Shown here: piece after piece, positions 17,476 through 26,208 of the stretch | Position numbering within the stretch: the first letter of the stretch is position 1 | Layout of the letters: each line of letters starts with the position of its first letter | From: an uncultured Flavobacteriales bacterium | GTDB taxonomy: Bacteria > Bacteroidota > Bacteroidia > Flavobacteriales > JADGDT01 | NCBI GenBank assembly: GCA_964543445.1 | Contig: CAZIYK010000001.1 | Span: 1-31,344, forward strand | DNA: 31,344 nt | Direction: 5' to 3' | Notes under the pieces: generated by a model | Database searches by the model: none | What the model was told of the DNA's origin: nothing | Seen by the model: only the letters and a program-made list of their open reading frames with translations | Made by a program: the position numbers and the translations under genes

Positions 17476-19773
17476 ATGAAATTACATAAATTTATATTAC
17501 TGATTTTAACTTTTGTAGCTACAGTAGGCTTTTCGCAGAATAATTCTAAATGGTCTGATCATCTTTCGTATAACGAAACTTCTGATTTGTGTACGTGGGG
17601 AAGTAAGGTTGTTGTTGCTAGTGAGTATGGGGTGTTTATTTTTGATAAGGACGATAATAGCTTAGTTAAATTCTCTAAAATTAACGGTCTACAAGGCGAT
17701 AGAATTACATCAATAAAATCATTGGAAAATGATGATGCTTTCGTGGTTGGATATGAAACAGGTAGTTTTAGTATTATTTATTCTGATGGGCGTATTTCTC
17801 ATGTTAATGACATTAAGAACTCATCAGTATCTGGTGAAAAATCAATAAATGCAATAGCTGAATTTGGCAATAAAATTTATCTTGGAACTCCATTCGGTAT
17901 AGTGGAGTATAATGTTTTTAGAGAGGAGTTTGGTGATACTTTTTATTTTGGAGTAAATGGGAGTCATATTTATGTAAACGACATCACGCTCTTAGATAAT
18001 TTAATTTTTGCAGCAACAAATATAGGAGTATATAAAGCTGATGCTAATAGTCCATATTTGGTTGATTATAATCAGTGGAAATTGCAAAATATAGGAGTTA
18101 ATTCCTCAACTAAGTTTAATTCTATAGCCACGATTAATGGAAATGTAATAGCTAATAATTCTGAAGGTTCAAACAAGCAATACTTGTTGAAAAATTCAAA
18201 TTGGGAATTATTACATAGTTATTCAGGTGTGAATAAAATTAAATCAGATGGTGAAAATCTTACGTTTTCTGCTAACAATAATGTTTATATTTTTGATAAG
18301 GATATTAAACTTGTCGAAACTATAAGTAAGTCTAGTTTAGGTGCAAAATCTACTATTGTTTCAAATTCTCGAAAATTCATAGCAACAGGCACTGATGGTT
18401 TGGCGATATATGAAAATGGTAATTGGAAATACGTTGTACCAGAGGGTCCGCATAAAAACTACGCATTTAGAATAAAGACAGGACCTAAGAAACTATATGT
18501 AGTATATGGATATTATTCTCCAGGTTATGCGCCAAAAGGTAGAAATATGGGGTATGATATTTTCGATACAAAAGATTGGTCATATATACCTCCATCTGAT
18601 TTTGGGAATGTTAGGGATCTAGTTGATGTTGCTATTGATCCATCAAATCCGGATCATATTTATATGAGCTCATGGGGGAAAGGGCTTTTGGAATTGCAAG
18701 ATAATGAGAGAGTAGAGCTGTGGGTTGAAGAAAATACTAATTATCATATTCAGAAATTATTTTATTCAGATCCTAATTATGTAAGTATAAGGTTAGGGGG
18801 GAGTGTATTTGATAAAGATGGAAATTTGTGGGTTGCTAATGGATGGAATGTAGAAAGACCATTTGTAGTACGTATGAAAAATGGCGATTGGAATTCGTTT
18901 TCGTTTAAAAAAGCTACATTAGGACATGATGATGGTATGTCTGGAATTACTATAGATCAGAATGGGAATAAATGGATAGGGACAAGAAGTGATGGTGTTT
19001 GGGTGTACAACGAAGGGGATTCTTTTGATTCAACAGGCGATGATAAAATGTTGAAATTTTCTACTTCCGAAAATTCAGGTAATTTACCTGATATGAGAGT
19101 AAATACTGTGGCCATAGATAAAAATAATGTTGCGTGGATAGGTACAAAATTGGGATTAGTGATTTTTAGAGATATTGATGAAATGTTTGAGTCTAATTAT
19201 TACAAAGCGGAGCCAATAATAATAAATGAAGATGGGGTAGGTAAGAAGCTTTTAGGAAATCAGACAATAAACAAGATTGTAGTTGATGGAGCAAATAACA
19301 AATGGTTTGCTACGGAGTCAGGAGGTGTTTATTACACTTCAGCTAATGGACAGAAAACTATTCATCATTTTACAGAAGAAAATTCGCCATTATTATCTAA
19401 CCAGATTTATGATTTGGATATAGATCCAGAAACAGGAATGGTGTATTTTGTTACATCAAAAGGTTTGATTTCTTATAAAGGAAATGCAACTGTGGGTGGC
19501 GATGGATTCTCAAAAGTATATGCTTATCCAAATCCAGTACGACCTGATTACAACGGTGATATTTATATAAAAGGATTAACAGATAAAACTAATGTGAAGA
19601 TTACCGATGTTAATGGAAATCTAATTTTCGAAACTACATCACAGGGAGGTCAAGCAGTATGGAATGGACGTAGTTTAAGTGGATACAAAGCTTCGTCAGG
19701 GGTGTATTTAGTTTTTGCAGTTAGTGAAGATGGTAAAGACACAACTATTACAAAAATTCTTATTGTTAATTAA
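17476..19773 (+). CDS. porZ: Type IX secretion system A-LPS delivery protein PorZ (two beta-propellers plus T9SS CTD)
   Basis: WSDHLSY N-terminus and propeller repeats (FDKDGNLWV, IDQNGNKWIG, IDKNNVAWIG, VDGANNKWFA). CTD VYAYPNPVRP...KITDVNGNL...VWNG...SSGVYLV...KILIVN. Immediately upstream of recO. Confidence 0.9.
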   Translation: MKLHKFILLILTFVATVGFSQNNSKWSDHLSYNETSDLCTWGSKVVVASEYGVFIFDKDDNSLVKFSKINGLQGDRITSIKSLENDDAFVVGYETGSFSIIYSDGRISHVNDIKNSSVSGEKSINAIAEFGNKIYLGTPFGIVEYNVFREEFGDTFYFGVNGSHIYVNDITLLDNLIFAATNIGVYKADANSPYLVDYNQWKLQNIGVNSSTKFNSIATINGNVIANNSEGSNKQYLLKNSNWELLHSYSGVNKIKSDGENLTFSANNNVYIFDKDIKLVETISKSSLGAKSTIVSNSRKFIATGTDGLAIYENGNWKYVVPEGPHKNYAFRIKTGPKKLYVVYGYYSPGYAPKGRNMGYDIFDTKDWSYIPPSDFGNVRDLVDVAIDPSNPDHIYMSSWGKGLLELQDNERVELWVEENTNYHIQKLFYSDPNYVSIRLGGSVFDKDGNLWVANGWNVERPFVVRMKNGDWNSFSFKKATLGHDDGMSGITIDQNGNKWIGTRSDGVWVYNEGDSFDSTGDDKMLKFSTSENSGNLPDMRVNTVAIDKNNVAWIGTKLGLVIFRDIDEMFESNYYKAEPIIINEDGVGKKLLGNQTINKIVVDGANNKWFATESGGVYYTSANGQKTIHHFTEENSPLLSNQIYDLDIDPETGMVYFVTSKGLISYKGNATVGGDGFSKVYAYPNPVRPDYNGDIYIKGLTDKTNVKITDVNGNLIFETTSQGGQAVWNGRSLSGYKASSGVYLVFAVSEDGKDTTITKILIVN

Positions 19774-19776
19774 AAT

Positions 19777-20499
19777 ATGCAACAGGTTTTTGATGCAATA
19801 GTTTTAAGATCGCGTAATTATTCTGATACAAGTGTAATACTCAAGTGCTATTCAAAGCAAAAAGGGATAATATCTGTAATTGCAAGGGGTGTAAAGAAGA
19901 AAAAGAAGAATAGTGTTTTGGGTTTATTTCAACCTTTATCAATGGTTGAGGTAGTTACTTATTCTAAGAGAGCAGATGCTGAACTTAAAAGTTTAAAAGA
20001 AATTAAATCTAATTTTTTTTATAAAACGGTTCATTCTGATCCTATCAAGTCAGGTCTTACCATGTTCATTGCTGAAATTTTAGAATTGACATTACGAGAG
20101 GAAGATCCTAATGAATTATTGTATGATTATTTGGTGTCATCATTTCATTATTTAGATGAATTAGAAGATTACGCAAATTTTCATATTTCATTTCTAATAG
20201 AGTTGACCAAGCATCTTGGTTTTTATCCTCGTTTAGATGATGACTCAAAGACGTATTTTGATTTAGAGTACGGAGTATTTTACGATTTCGATAAAAATAC
20301 TCCATACTTGTTTTCAGGAGAGATAATTGATAATCTAAAAACTTTTTTATCAACTAATCTTATAGAATCAAATGATGTTGTTCTGAATAAAATTCAACGT
20401 AATAATTTATTGAAATTGATGATGCAATATTTTACCATGCATGTTTCTAGTTTTAAAGAACCAAAGTCTCTAGAGGTGTTGAAGGCTCTTTATTCATAG
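19777..20499 (+). CDS. recO: DNA repair protein RecO
   Basis: AIVLRSRNYSDTSVILKCYSKQKG...ARGV OB-fold, LFQPL, FLIELTKHLGFYP and KSLEVL. Confidence 0.94.
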   Translation: MQQVFDAIVLRSRNYSDTSVILKCYSKQKGIISVIARGVKKKKKNSVLGLFQPLSMVEVVTYSKRADAELKSLKEIKSNFFYKTVHSDPIKSGLTMFIAEILELTLREEDPNELLYDYLVSSFHYLDELEDYANFHISFLIELTKHLGFYPRLDDDSKTYFDLEYGVFYDFDKNTPYLFSGEIIDNLKTFLSTNLIESNDVVLNKIQRNNLLKLMMQYFTMHVSSFKEPKSLEVLKALYS

Positions 20500-20513
20500 T
20501 TGATTCAGATTAT

Positions 20514-21296
20514 CTATTTTCCTATAAAATTAGCTTTTCTTTTTTCCAAGAAAGCAGAAGTTCCTTCCTTAAAGTCTTCAGTAGCAAAACAATTTCCAAA
20601 TTCTTCGATTTCTACATCAAATCCATTTACAGAGTTGTTTGTTGATGCATTAATTGCTTTAATTGCACTAGAAATGGCGATAGGGGAATTCTTCATTATT
20701 TTTGATGCTAATTCTTCACAAAAAGGAATTAGTTCTTCTAAAGGAACAACGTAATTCACAAGGTTGTATTTCTCTGCTTCATCTGCCGTTAGCATGCTTG
20801 CAGTCATTATCATCTCCATAGCTTTTCCCTTGCCAACAAGTTGAGTTAATCTCTGAGTGCCACCATATCCAGGGATTACACCTAATGAAGTTTCAGGTAA
20901 TCCCATTTTAGCATTTTCTGATGCTACTCTGAAATGTGCAGCCATAGCTAATTCAAGTCCTCCTCCTAAAGCGAAACCATTTATGGCAGCAATAACTGGT
21001 GTAGATAAGTTTTCTACTAAATCGAAAAGTTTTCTGTGTCCTTCTGCTGATAGTTCTCTTCCTTGTTCCTGATTGTAATTTGCAAATTCAGAGATGTCAG
21101 CACCTGCTATGAAAGCTTTTGTTCCTTCGCCAGTAATTATTATTACTTTGGTTTTAGGATCTTTCTCTGCTTCTTTAAATGCGTCAGAGAGTTCATTGAT
21201 AGTTTCTCTATTCAGAGCATTTAATTTAGAAGGTCTGTTTATAATTATCTTTAATAAACCATTGTTGCTTTTGCTGTAAATGTTATTGTATTTCAT
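20514..21296 (-). CDS. Enoyl-CoA hydratase/isomerase (crotonase family)
   Basis: AFIAGADISEF oxyanion motif. GFALGGGLELAM and GLPETSLGVIPGYGGTQRL carry both catalytic Glu residues. Confidence 0.93.
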   Translation of the reverse strand: MKYNNIYSKSNNGLLKIIINRPSKLNALNRETINELSDAFKEAEKDPKTKVIIITGEGTKAFIAGADISEFANYNQEQGRELSAEGHRKLFDLVENLSTPVIAAINGFALGGGLELAMAAHFRVASENAKMGLPETSLGVIPGYGGTQRLTQLVGKGKAMEMIMTASMLTADEAEKYNLVNYVVPLEELIPFCEELASKIMKNSPIAISSAIKAINASTNNSVNGFDVEIEEFGNCFATEDFKEGTSAFLEKRKANFIGK

Positions 21297-21305
21297 TGTT
21301 TCGTG

Positions 21306-23570
21306 CTATTGTTTTAGATCTAATAATTCTTTAAATTTTTTAAAAGCTAATTTGTTGCTTTCTAGGTTTTTAGCTTTGAGTATTTGCTTTTTTTCTATAG
21401 ATGTTAAATGCCATGAAAGAGATACTCCTTCTTCTTTTTCGAAAAGATTAAATGAAATCATATCGACGTCAAAATCTAGGTTAGAAAAAGCATATTCTTT
21501 CAATTGATTCTGATTGTAGGTTTGTATGGTTGAAAAACTATTAATCACCCCTGTTATAGGTTCTAAAAAAGCATTTTTCAGATTGTATTCTTGGTCTTCA
21601 ATTTTAATTTTCGACTGACTGTAAGCTTTAATCTGAATTATCATCACTCCCGAAGTGTTGGCTTTTATCCATTCGCTATATCTATTTATAAATCTTAATG
21701 AAAGCTCGAATCCTAGGTTGTCTCTAACTCCTGCATCTATTAGCGACACACGTGGATTAGAAGGCAATTCTACCATTGGACTAATGTACGGGAACGATGC
21801 ACTAATACGCAATGCGGACAATAATCGTAGATTGTCGGCACCTTGTTTTGCAAATAATCTTCTGAATTCAACAGCATCATACTCGGTTATATCCTTGTGT
21901 TTGTTTTCTGCTGATTTGTTGTATGTCAAATACGATATGGGAGTTGGAGATATGAGTAATTTCCTCCCATCGTTGATAATTGTAGGAGAAAAAATCATCA
22001 TAGGTATTTCGCTATTCTTTTCTGCTTTGGCGAGTGCTTTAATAGGCATATCCATTATAGAATCAGTATTTTCGTTAAGCTGATTTTCTAGTACAGTGCC
22101 TCTATCCTTGATGTATTCAATATTGTTGTACTCGTATTTTTTGAAAGGAAAGAAAAGGTCGTTCACTACGTGAGTAAACATTACAGGGTTAAGAATGTCT
22201 TTCCCTAATTTATCATAATAAATAGGGTAGTTTTTTGTAAAACACTTTTTAAGGTGTGAACGATAAAGTTGTCTGTAATATTCGGCGCCTAGCATTCCTC
22301 CAGAAGCTCCAGTTATTAGGTGAGTGTGTTTCATGATATTAAATCCACATACAGAATCTAATGAATTTAATACATTGAAAGTCCAAAGAGTAGAACGTAA
22401 ACCACCTCCACTAGTATTTATTAAAACCAATTTCGGCTTGCCATTAGCGAGATTAGTATTTTTTTTCTTCCATTTATTAAGGGTGTTAAGACCTATTACA
22501 TAGTCATTTCTGAAAATAGAATCATTAGAAATCTCATTAAAACTATCATTGTTGTATTCTGATTTTGTGGTATAGTCCAATCCATAAGCTTTACTTTGTT
22601 TGCTTTCGAGTATTAATGGAGAATAGTAGTTTACTACAATCAATATTATAACGGTTACCGTAAAAGCCCAACCTTTAAACCATGTTTGCAAAACACCTAC
22701 AAACATCATATACAGCGAAAAAATAAGTAGAATTGTCGCAGATGCAGGAATTTGAAGAAATGTTTGATCGGAGAAAATCCCTAAAATAAACATCATTAAG
22801 ATTATTGCCAACATTAATAAACCTGCATTGTGATGGTGTTGTTGCAGAACATTTAACAAAACTTCCTTGTCATAATGTTTTGTAGGTCTAACAAGTTTTA
22901 TGTAGAAAGGTTGTTTGAAATAGTATTTTATTTTCTGGCTGTCATCAGATATTTTTTCTGAATTTTTTTCTTTTTTGATTATTACTTTTAGTGGTTTGTT
23001 GATGGTTTTCTTCAGCTTGTCTCCAACTTTTCCTCCCAATAGGTCAAGTATGTTTTTATTGGTAGAGAAGAAATAGGTGAACATTAACGATATAATCAGG
23101 GTAGAGCCTATTGCAAAAGCCAAAAGCAATATGAATATATCTTTAATGCTCATGTTCTCTGTGAAATACAGGAAATTGAAAACAGAATAAAAATAAAAAG
23201 AAGTAGCAATAGTTGGAGCTAAGGAATTGTTGATAGCAAATCGTAAAAGTGGTCTATCGAGAGTTGCTAAAAATGGAAAAAATTTACTTAGGTAAACGTA
23301 TGATGTAACGTGAAAAGTCATGGTGAATAATCCAAAGAAAATCCCCACGATAAAAAACGACCAAAAGTTAACGTGATTGAAATATTCTGGAGCGATAAAC
23401 AAATATCTAAGTCCATACATATTGGCAAGATCACCAGTAATGAAAGTAATAATTATCGGCCAAAAAACGAGTAAAAACAAGCTTGTTCTCAACTGAACTA
23501 ATAAAAGTTTTATTGGGAAAAAGCTTGTGATATGCCTATATGTTTTCTTGACGATATTCAAACCAAACAC
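21306..23570 (-). CDS. Polytopic membrane protein with a C-terminal patatin/cPLA2-like lipase domain, GTG start
   Basis: About 7 hydrophobic segments in the N-terminal ~320 aa. Then SGGGLRS (oxyanion hole), GASGG (GxSxG nucleophile), SASFPYISP and DAG (catalytic Asp, a variant of DGG). Confidence 0.8.
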   Translation of the reverse strand: MFGLNIVKKTYRHITSFFPIKLLLVQLRTSLFLLVFWPIIITFITGDLANMYGLRYLFIAPEYFNHVNFWSFFIVGIFFGLFTMTFHVTSYVYLSKFFPFLATLDRPLLRFAINNSLAPTIATSFYFYSVFNFLYFTENMSIKDIFILLLAFAIGSTLIISLMFTYFFSTNKNILDLLGGKVGDKLKKTINKPLKVIIKKEKNSEKISDDSQKIKYYFKQPFYIKLVRPTKHYDKEVLLNVLQQHHHNAGLLMLAIILMMFILGIFSDQTFLQIPASATILLIFSLYMMFVGVLQTWFKGWAFTVTVIILIVVNYYSPLILESKQSKAYGLDYTTKSEYNNDSFNEISNDSIFRNDYVIGLNTLNKWKKKNTNLANGKPKLVLINTSGGGLRSTLWTFNVLNSLDSVCGFNIMKHTHLITGASGGMLGAEYYRQLYRSHLKKCFTKNYPIYYDKLGKDILNPVMFTHVVNDLFFPFKKYEYNNIEYIKDRGTVLENQLNENTDSIMDMPIKALAKAEKNSEIPMMIFSPTIINDGRKLLISPTPISYLTYNKSAENKHKDITEYDAVEFRRLFAKQGADNLRLLSALRISASFPYISPMVELPSNPRVSLIDAGVRDNLGFELSLRFINRYSEWIKANTSGVMIIQIKAYSQSKIKIEDQEYNLKNAFLEPITGVINSFSTIQTYNQNQLKEYAFSNLDFDVDMISFNLFEKEEGVSLSWHLTSIEKKQILKAKNLESNKLAFKKFKELLDLKQ

Positions 23571-23765
23571 GTTTTTTTACTTTTAATAAGTTACGAATTT
23601 GCATCTTAATTATCAATAGATTTCAATGTGGAATTTTCTCCTTTTAGATGATTTTTATTTGCTTTAATAACCTTGTTAAGGTATTGTAAAATACAGTTTT
23701 ATTGCTGTTAAATCTCTTCAATTCGAAATACAAATATTACATTCTTATAAGTTGTATGAATGTTA

Positions 23766-23773
23766 TATATTTG
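23766..23773 (+). promoter_or_regulatory. -7 promoter element for the 23900 gene
   Basis: TATATTTG-CAC; implies a ~120-nt leader. Confidence 0.7.
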
Positions 23774-23899
23774 CACAGACTTTAATAATTTATATTTTAA
23801 TCAGTTATGCTATTTTATTTATTAGATGGAGTGGGATGATTTATTGATGTAAAATAGTTGATTATTTTAGTTGCGATTAGATAATTAAAAGAAAAAGAG

Positions 23900-24490
23900 A
23901 TGATAAAGAGATTGACAATTGTGGTTTTATTGATGACGTTTTCGTTTTCAACATATGCAAAAGACATACAGGCTTGGAAGCAAGAAACTACGTTAAAGAA
24001 ACAATTCTCAACATTTAAGCGAAATTTAAATGTTTGGCAAGGATACATGTCATTTAAAGAGTATCAGATAAACGAGCTTTTCAAAGCTGTAAACGATACA
24101 ATAAACACACTAGAAACTAAAATTTCGGAGGATAAACAAGTAATATCAGATTTGAATGCTAATGTAAGTGCACTTGAGTCTAAGTTGCAAGAAACTCAAG
24201 CTAAATTAGACGAGAGTTTAACTAGAGAAGATAGTTTTTCAACTTTAGGGTTTGATGTTTCTAAAGGTACTTTTGCATTTTTAATGTATTCGATTACGTT
24301 TTTACTTCTAGTTTTATCTGGGGTGTTATTTTTCTTATATAAGCAGAGTCACGTAATAACCAACGAAGCAAAAGCGAAATTCTCTGATTTAACAGAGGAA
24401 TTTGAAGATTATAAGAAAAGTAATCTGGAGCGTGTAACGAAACTTAATAGAGAGTTGCACGATTGTAGAATGAAGAGTGGTACTTTGTAG
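23900..24490 (+). CDS. Conserved hypothetical protein: signal peptide, coiled coil, one TM, C-terminal coiled coil
   Basis: Signal ending TYA-K, heptad-rich region, TM FAFLMYSITFLLLVLSGVLFFLY, and charged tail EEFEDYKKSNLER...RELHD. It resembles a Bacteroidota family I recall being mislabelled as a tRNA methyltransferase; no methyltransferase motifs are visible. Confidence 0.78.
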   Translation: MIKRLTIVVLLMTFSFSTYAKDIQAWKQETTLKKQFSTFKRNLNVWQGYMSFKEYQINELFKAVNDTINTLETKISEDKQVISDLNANVSALESKLQETQAKLDESLTREDSFSTLGFDVSKGTFAFLMYSITFLLLVLSGVLFFLYKQSHVITNEAKAKFSDLTEEFEDYKKSNLERVTKLNRELHDCRMKSGTL

Positions 24491-24515
24491 CGGTAATAAA
24501 TTGTTATAAAAATAT

Positions 24516-24550
24516 AAGGACTTCCAATGTTTTTTTGGAAGTCCTTTTTT
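24516..24550. terminator. Intrinsic terminator between convergent genes (strong on +, possibly bidirectional)
   Basis: AAGGACTTCCAA-TGTTTTT-TTGGAAGTCCTT followed by Ts and preceded by an A-rich run. Confidence 0.88.
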
Positions 24551-24587
24551 ATGTAATTGTAGTTTGCAGGTTGAGAAATGTGTTAAT

Positions 24588-25760
24588 CTAGTCTCTTCTG
24601 TATTTAGATGTTTCTTCAAACAGGTGTTCAAATATTTCCTTGTCAACTTCTGTAAACTCTACATTTCTTCGTGCCATAACTAATTTTGCAGTTTCAATTG
24701 CTTTGTTGGTTTTATAGGTAACTGTTTTAGAAGCACCTCCCCAAGTAAATGAAGGAACAAAGTTTCGAGGGAATCCAGCACCGAAAATATTAGCATTAGT
24801 ACCAACTATGGTTCCAGTATTGAACATGGTATTGATTGCAGCTTTAGAATGATCGCCCATTATTAATCCGCAAAACTGAAGTCCTGTAGGGATAAATCGC
24901 TCTTCGGGATAATTCCAAACCTTAACCTCGGCATAGTTGTTTTTAAGATTCGAATTATTTGTATCAGCTCCTAGATTACACCATTCGCCTAAAACAGAAT
25001 CACCTAAAAATCCATCATGACCTTTATTTGAGTATGCTGATATAACAATATTTTTAACTTCTCCACCAACAGTACTAAACGGGCCAACTGTTGTAGCTCC
25101 GTATATTTTGGCACCCATTTTAATAGTTGAATTTTCGCAAAGAGCCAAACCTCCTCTAACAGAAACATTCTCCATAATTAAAGCGTTTTTGCCTATGTAA
25201 ATAGGAGCATCTTTAGCATTAAGTATAGCAAATTCTACCTGTGCACCTTCTTCAATAAAAATGTTTTCAGGATTAAGCACTCTATTTGTAGGGCTGATTG
25301 GTTGAGATTCTCTACCTGCAGTGATTAAATCAAAATCCTCCTGCAAGGCACGACTGTTATTTAAGAAAATATCCCATGGATACTCAATTTGCAACAAATC
25401 TCCTCCAAAGTCTATTCTATTATATTCGCTCAGCTCAGGTTCTTCGTCTTTTACGGTTACAAAAGCTAACAATTTGTCGTTGTAATAAACTGCCTCTTTT
25501 TCTTTTAGGGATTTTAGAAGGTCTACTAATTTTTCAGTAGGGCAAAAAGATGAATTTATCATCAAATTTATATCAGCTTCTACTATTGGAAATTTTTTGC
25601 TTAAATATTCTTCAGTAAGAGTTGATGTTGTATACCCAAGGTATTTTTCCCACTTTTCGCGAATAGTTAGAATACCAATACGCAGTTCTGCAACAGGTTT
25701 GGTATAAGTTAATGGCAAGAGGTTGTCACGTTCTTCACCGTCAAACAAAATGTAATTCAT
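24588..25760 (-). CDS. Bacteroidota alternative GlmU-like protein (putative sugar nucleotidyltransferase plus hexapeptide acetyltransferase); start corrected to the ATG at 25760
   Basis: MNYILFD...LLPLTYTKPVAELRIGILTIREKW, a left-handed beta-helix region, and SNKGHDGFLGDSVLGEWCNLGADTNNSNLKNNY. Lies downstream of type-B L31. Confidence 0.87.
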   Translation of the reverse strand: MNYILFDGEERDNLLPLTYTKPVAELRIGILTIREKWEKYLGYTTSTLTEEYLSKKFPIVEADINLMINSSFCPTEKLVDLLKSLKEKEAVYYNDKLLAFVTVKDEEPELSEYNRIDFGGDLLQIEYPWDIFLNNSRALQEDFDLITAGRESQPISPTNRVLNPENIFIEEGAQVEFAILNAKDAPIYIGKNALIMENVSVRGGLALCENSTIKMGAKIYGATTVGPFSTVGGEVKNIVISAYSNKGHDGFLGDSVLGEWCNLGADTNNSNLKNNYAEVKVWNYPEERFIPTGLQFCGLIMGDHSKAAINTMFNTGTIVGTNANIFGAGFPRNFVPSFTWGGASKTVTYKTNKAIETAKLVMARRNVEFTEVDKEIFEHLFEETSKYRRD

Positions 25761-25807
25761 CAGGATTTTTTTTACGAGCACTGCACATGCTCTGTTTTTC
25801 TACACGG

Positions 25808-25815
25808 CAAATATA
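25808..25815 (-). promoter_or_regulatory. -7 promoter element for the GlmU-like gene
   Basis: The minus strand reads TATATTTG-CC, directly after the rpmE2 terminator. Confidence 0.72.
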
Positions 25816-25820
25816 AGCAC

Positions 25821-25856
25821 AAAAAAAAGAGCCTTCCAAATAAATGAAAAGCTCTT
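25821..25856 (-). terminator. Intrinsic terminator of rpmE2
   Basis: The minus strand reads AAGAGCTTTTCA-TTTATT-TGGAAGGCTCTT and runs into a T8 tract. Confidence 0.85.
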
Positions 25857-25875
25857 AGTATATATTTTAAGAAAA

Positions 25876-26127
25876 TTACTTCTTGTATTTTGCGTATTTG
25901 TTCTTGAATTTATCAATACGTCCTGCAGTATCGATAAGTTTAGATTTACCTGTATAGAATGGGTGAGATGTATTAGAAATTTCTAATTTCACTAATGCAT
26001 ACTCAGTACCATCAATCTCGATAGTATCTTTAGTTTCTACTGTTGATTTAGTCAACCAAGTTTCGCCGTTCGACATATCTTTGAAGGCAACAACTCTATA
26101 GTTCTCTGGATGAATTCCTTTTCTCAT
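25876..26127 (-). CDS. rpmE2: 50S ribosomal protein L31, type B (Zn-independent); start corrected to the ATG at 26127
   Basis: MRKGIHPENYRVVAFKD...EISNTSHPFYTGKSKLIDTAGRIDKFKNKY. 83 aa, no Cys. Confidence 0.97.
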   Translation of the reverse strand: MRKGIHPENYRVVAFKDMSNGETWLTKSTVETKDTIEIDGTEYALVKLEISNTSHPFYTGKSKLIDTAGRIDKFKNKYAKYKK

Positions 26128-26177
26128 TTTATTATAATGTATTTTTTGTAAATCCTTTTTTAATTTTTTTCGGACTG

Positions 26178-26208
26178 CAAAAATAGTTAATAAATACTTA
26201 TTGACAAA
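26178..26208 (-). promoter_or_regulatory. rpmE2 proximal promoter (P1)
   Basis: Minus strand TTTG (26208-26205), 19-nt spacer, then TATTTTTG (26185-26178) and CA. Confidence 0.8.

Noticed and set aside
21306-23570. Patatin as a CBASS/anti-phage effector
   Set aside because: No cyclase, sensor or other defence gene is nearby. The context is housekeeping and the multi-TM architecture differs from CapV.
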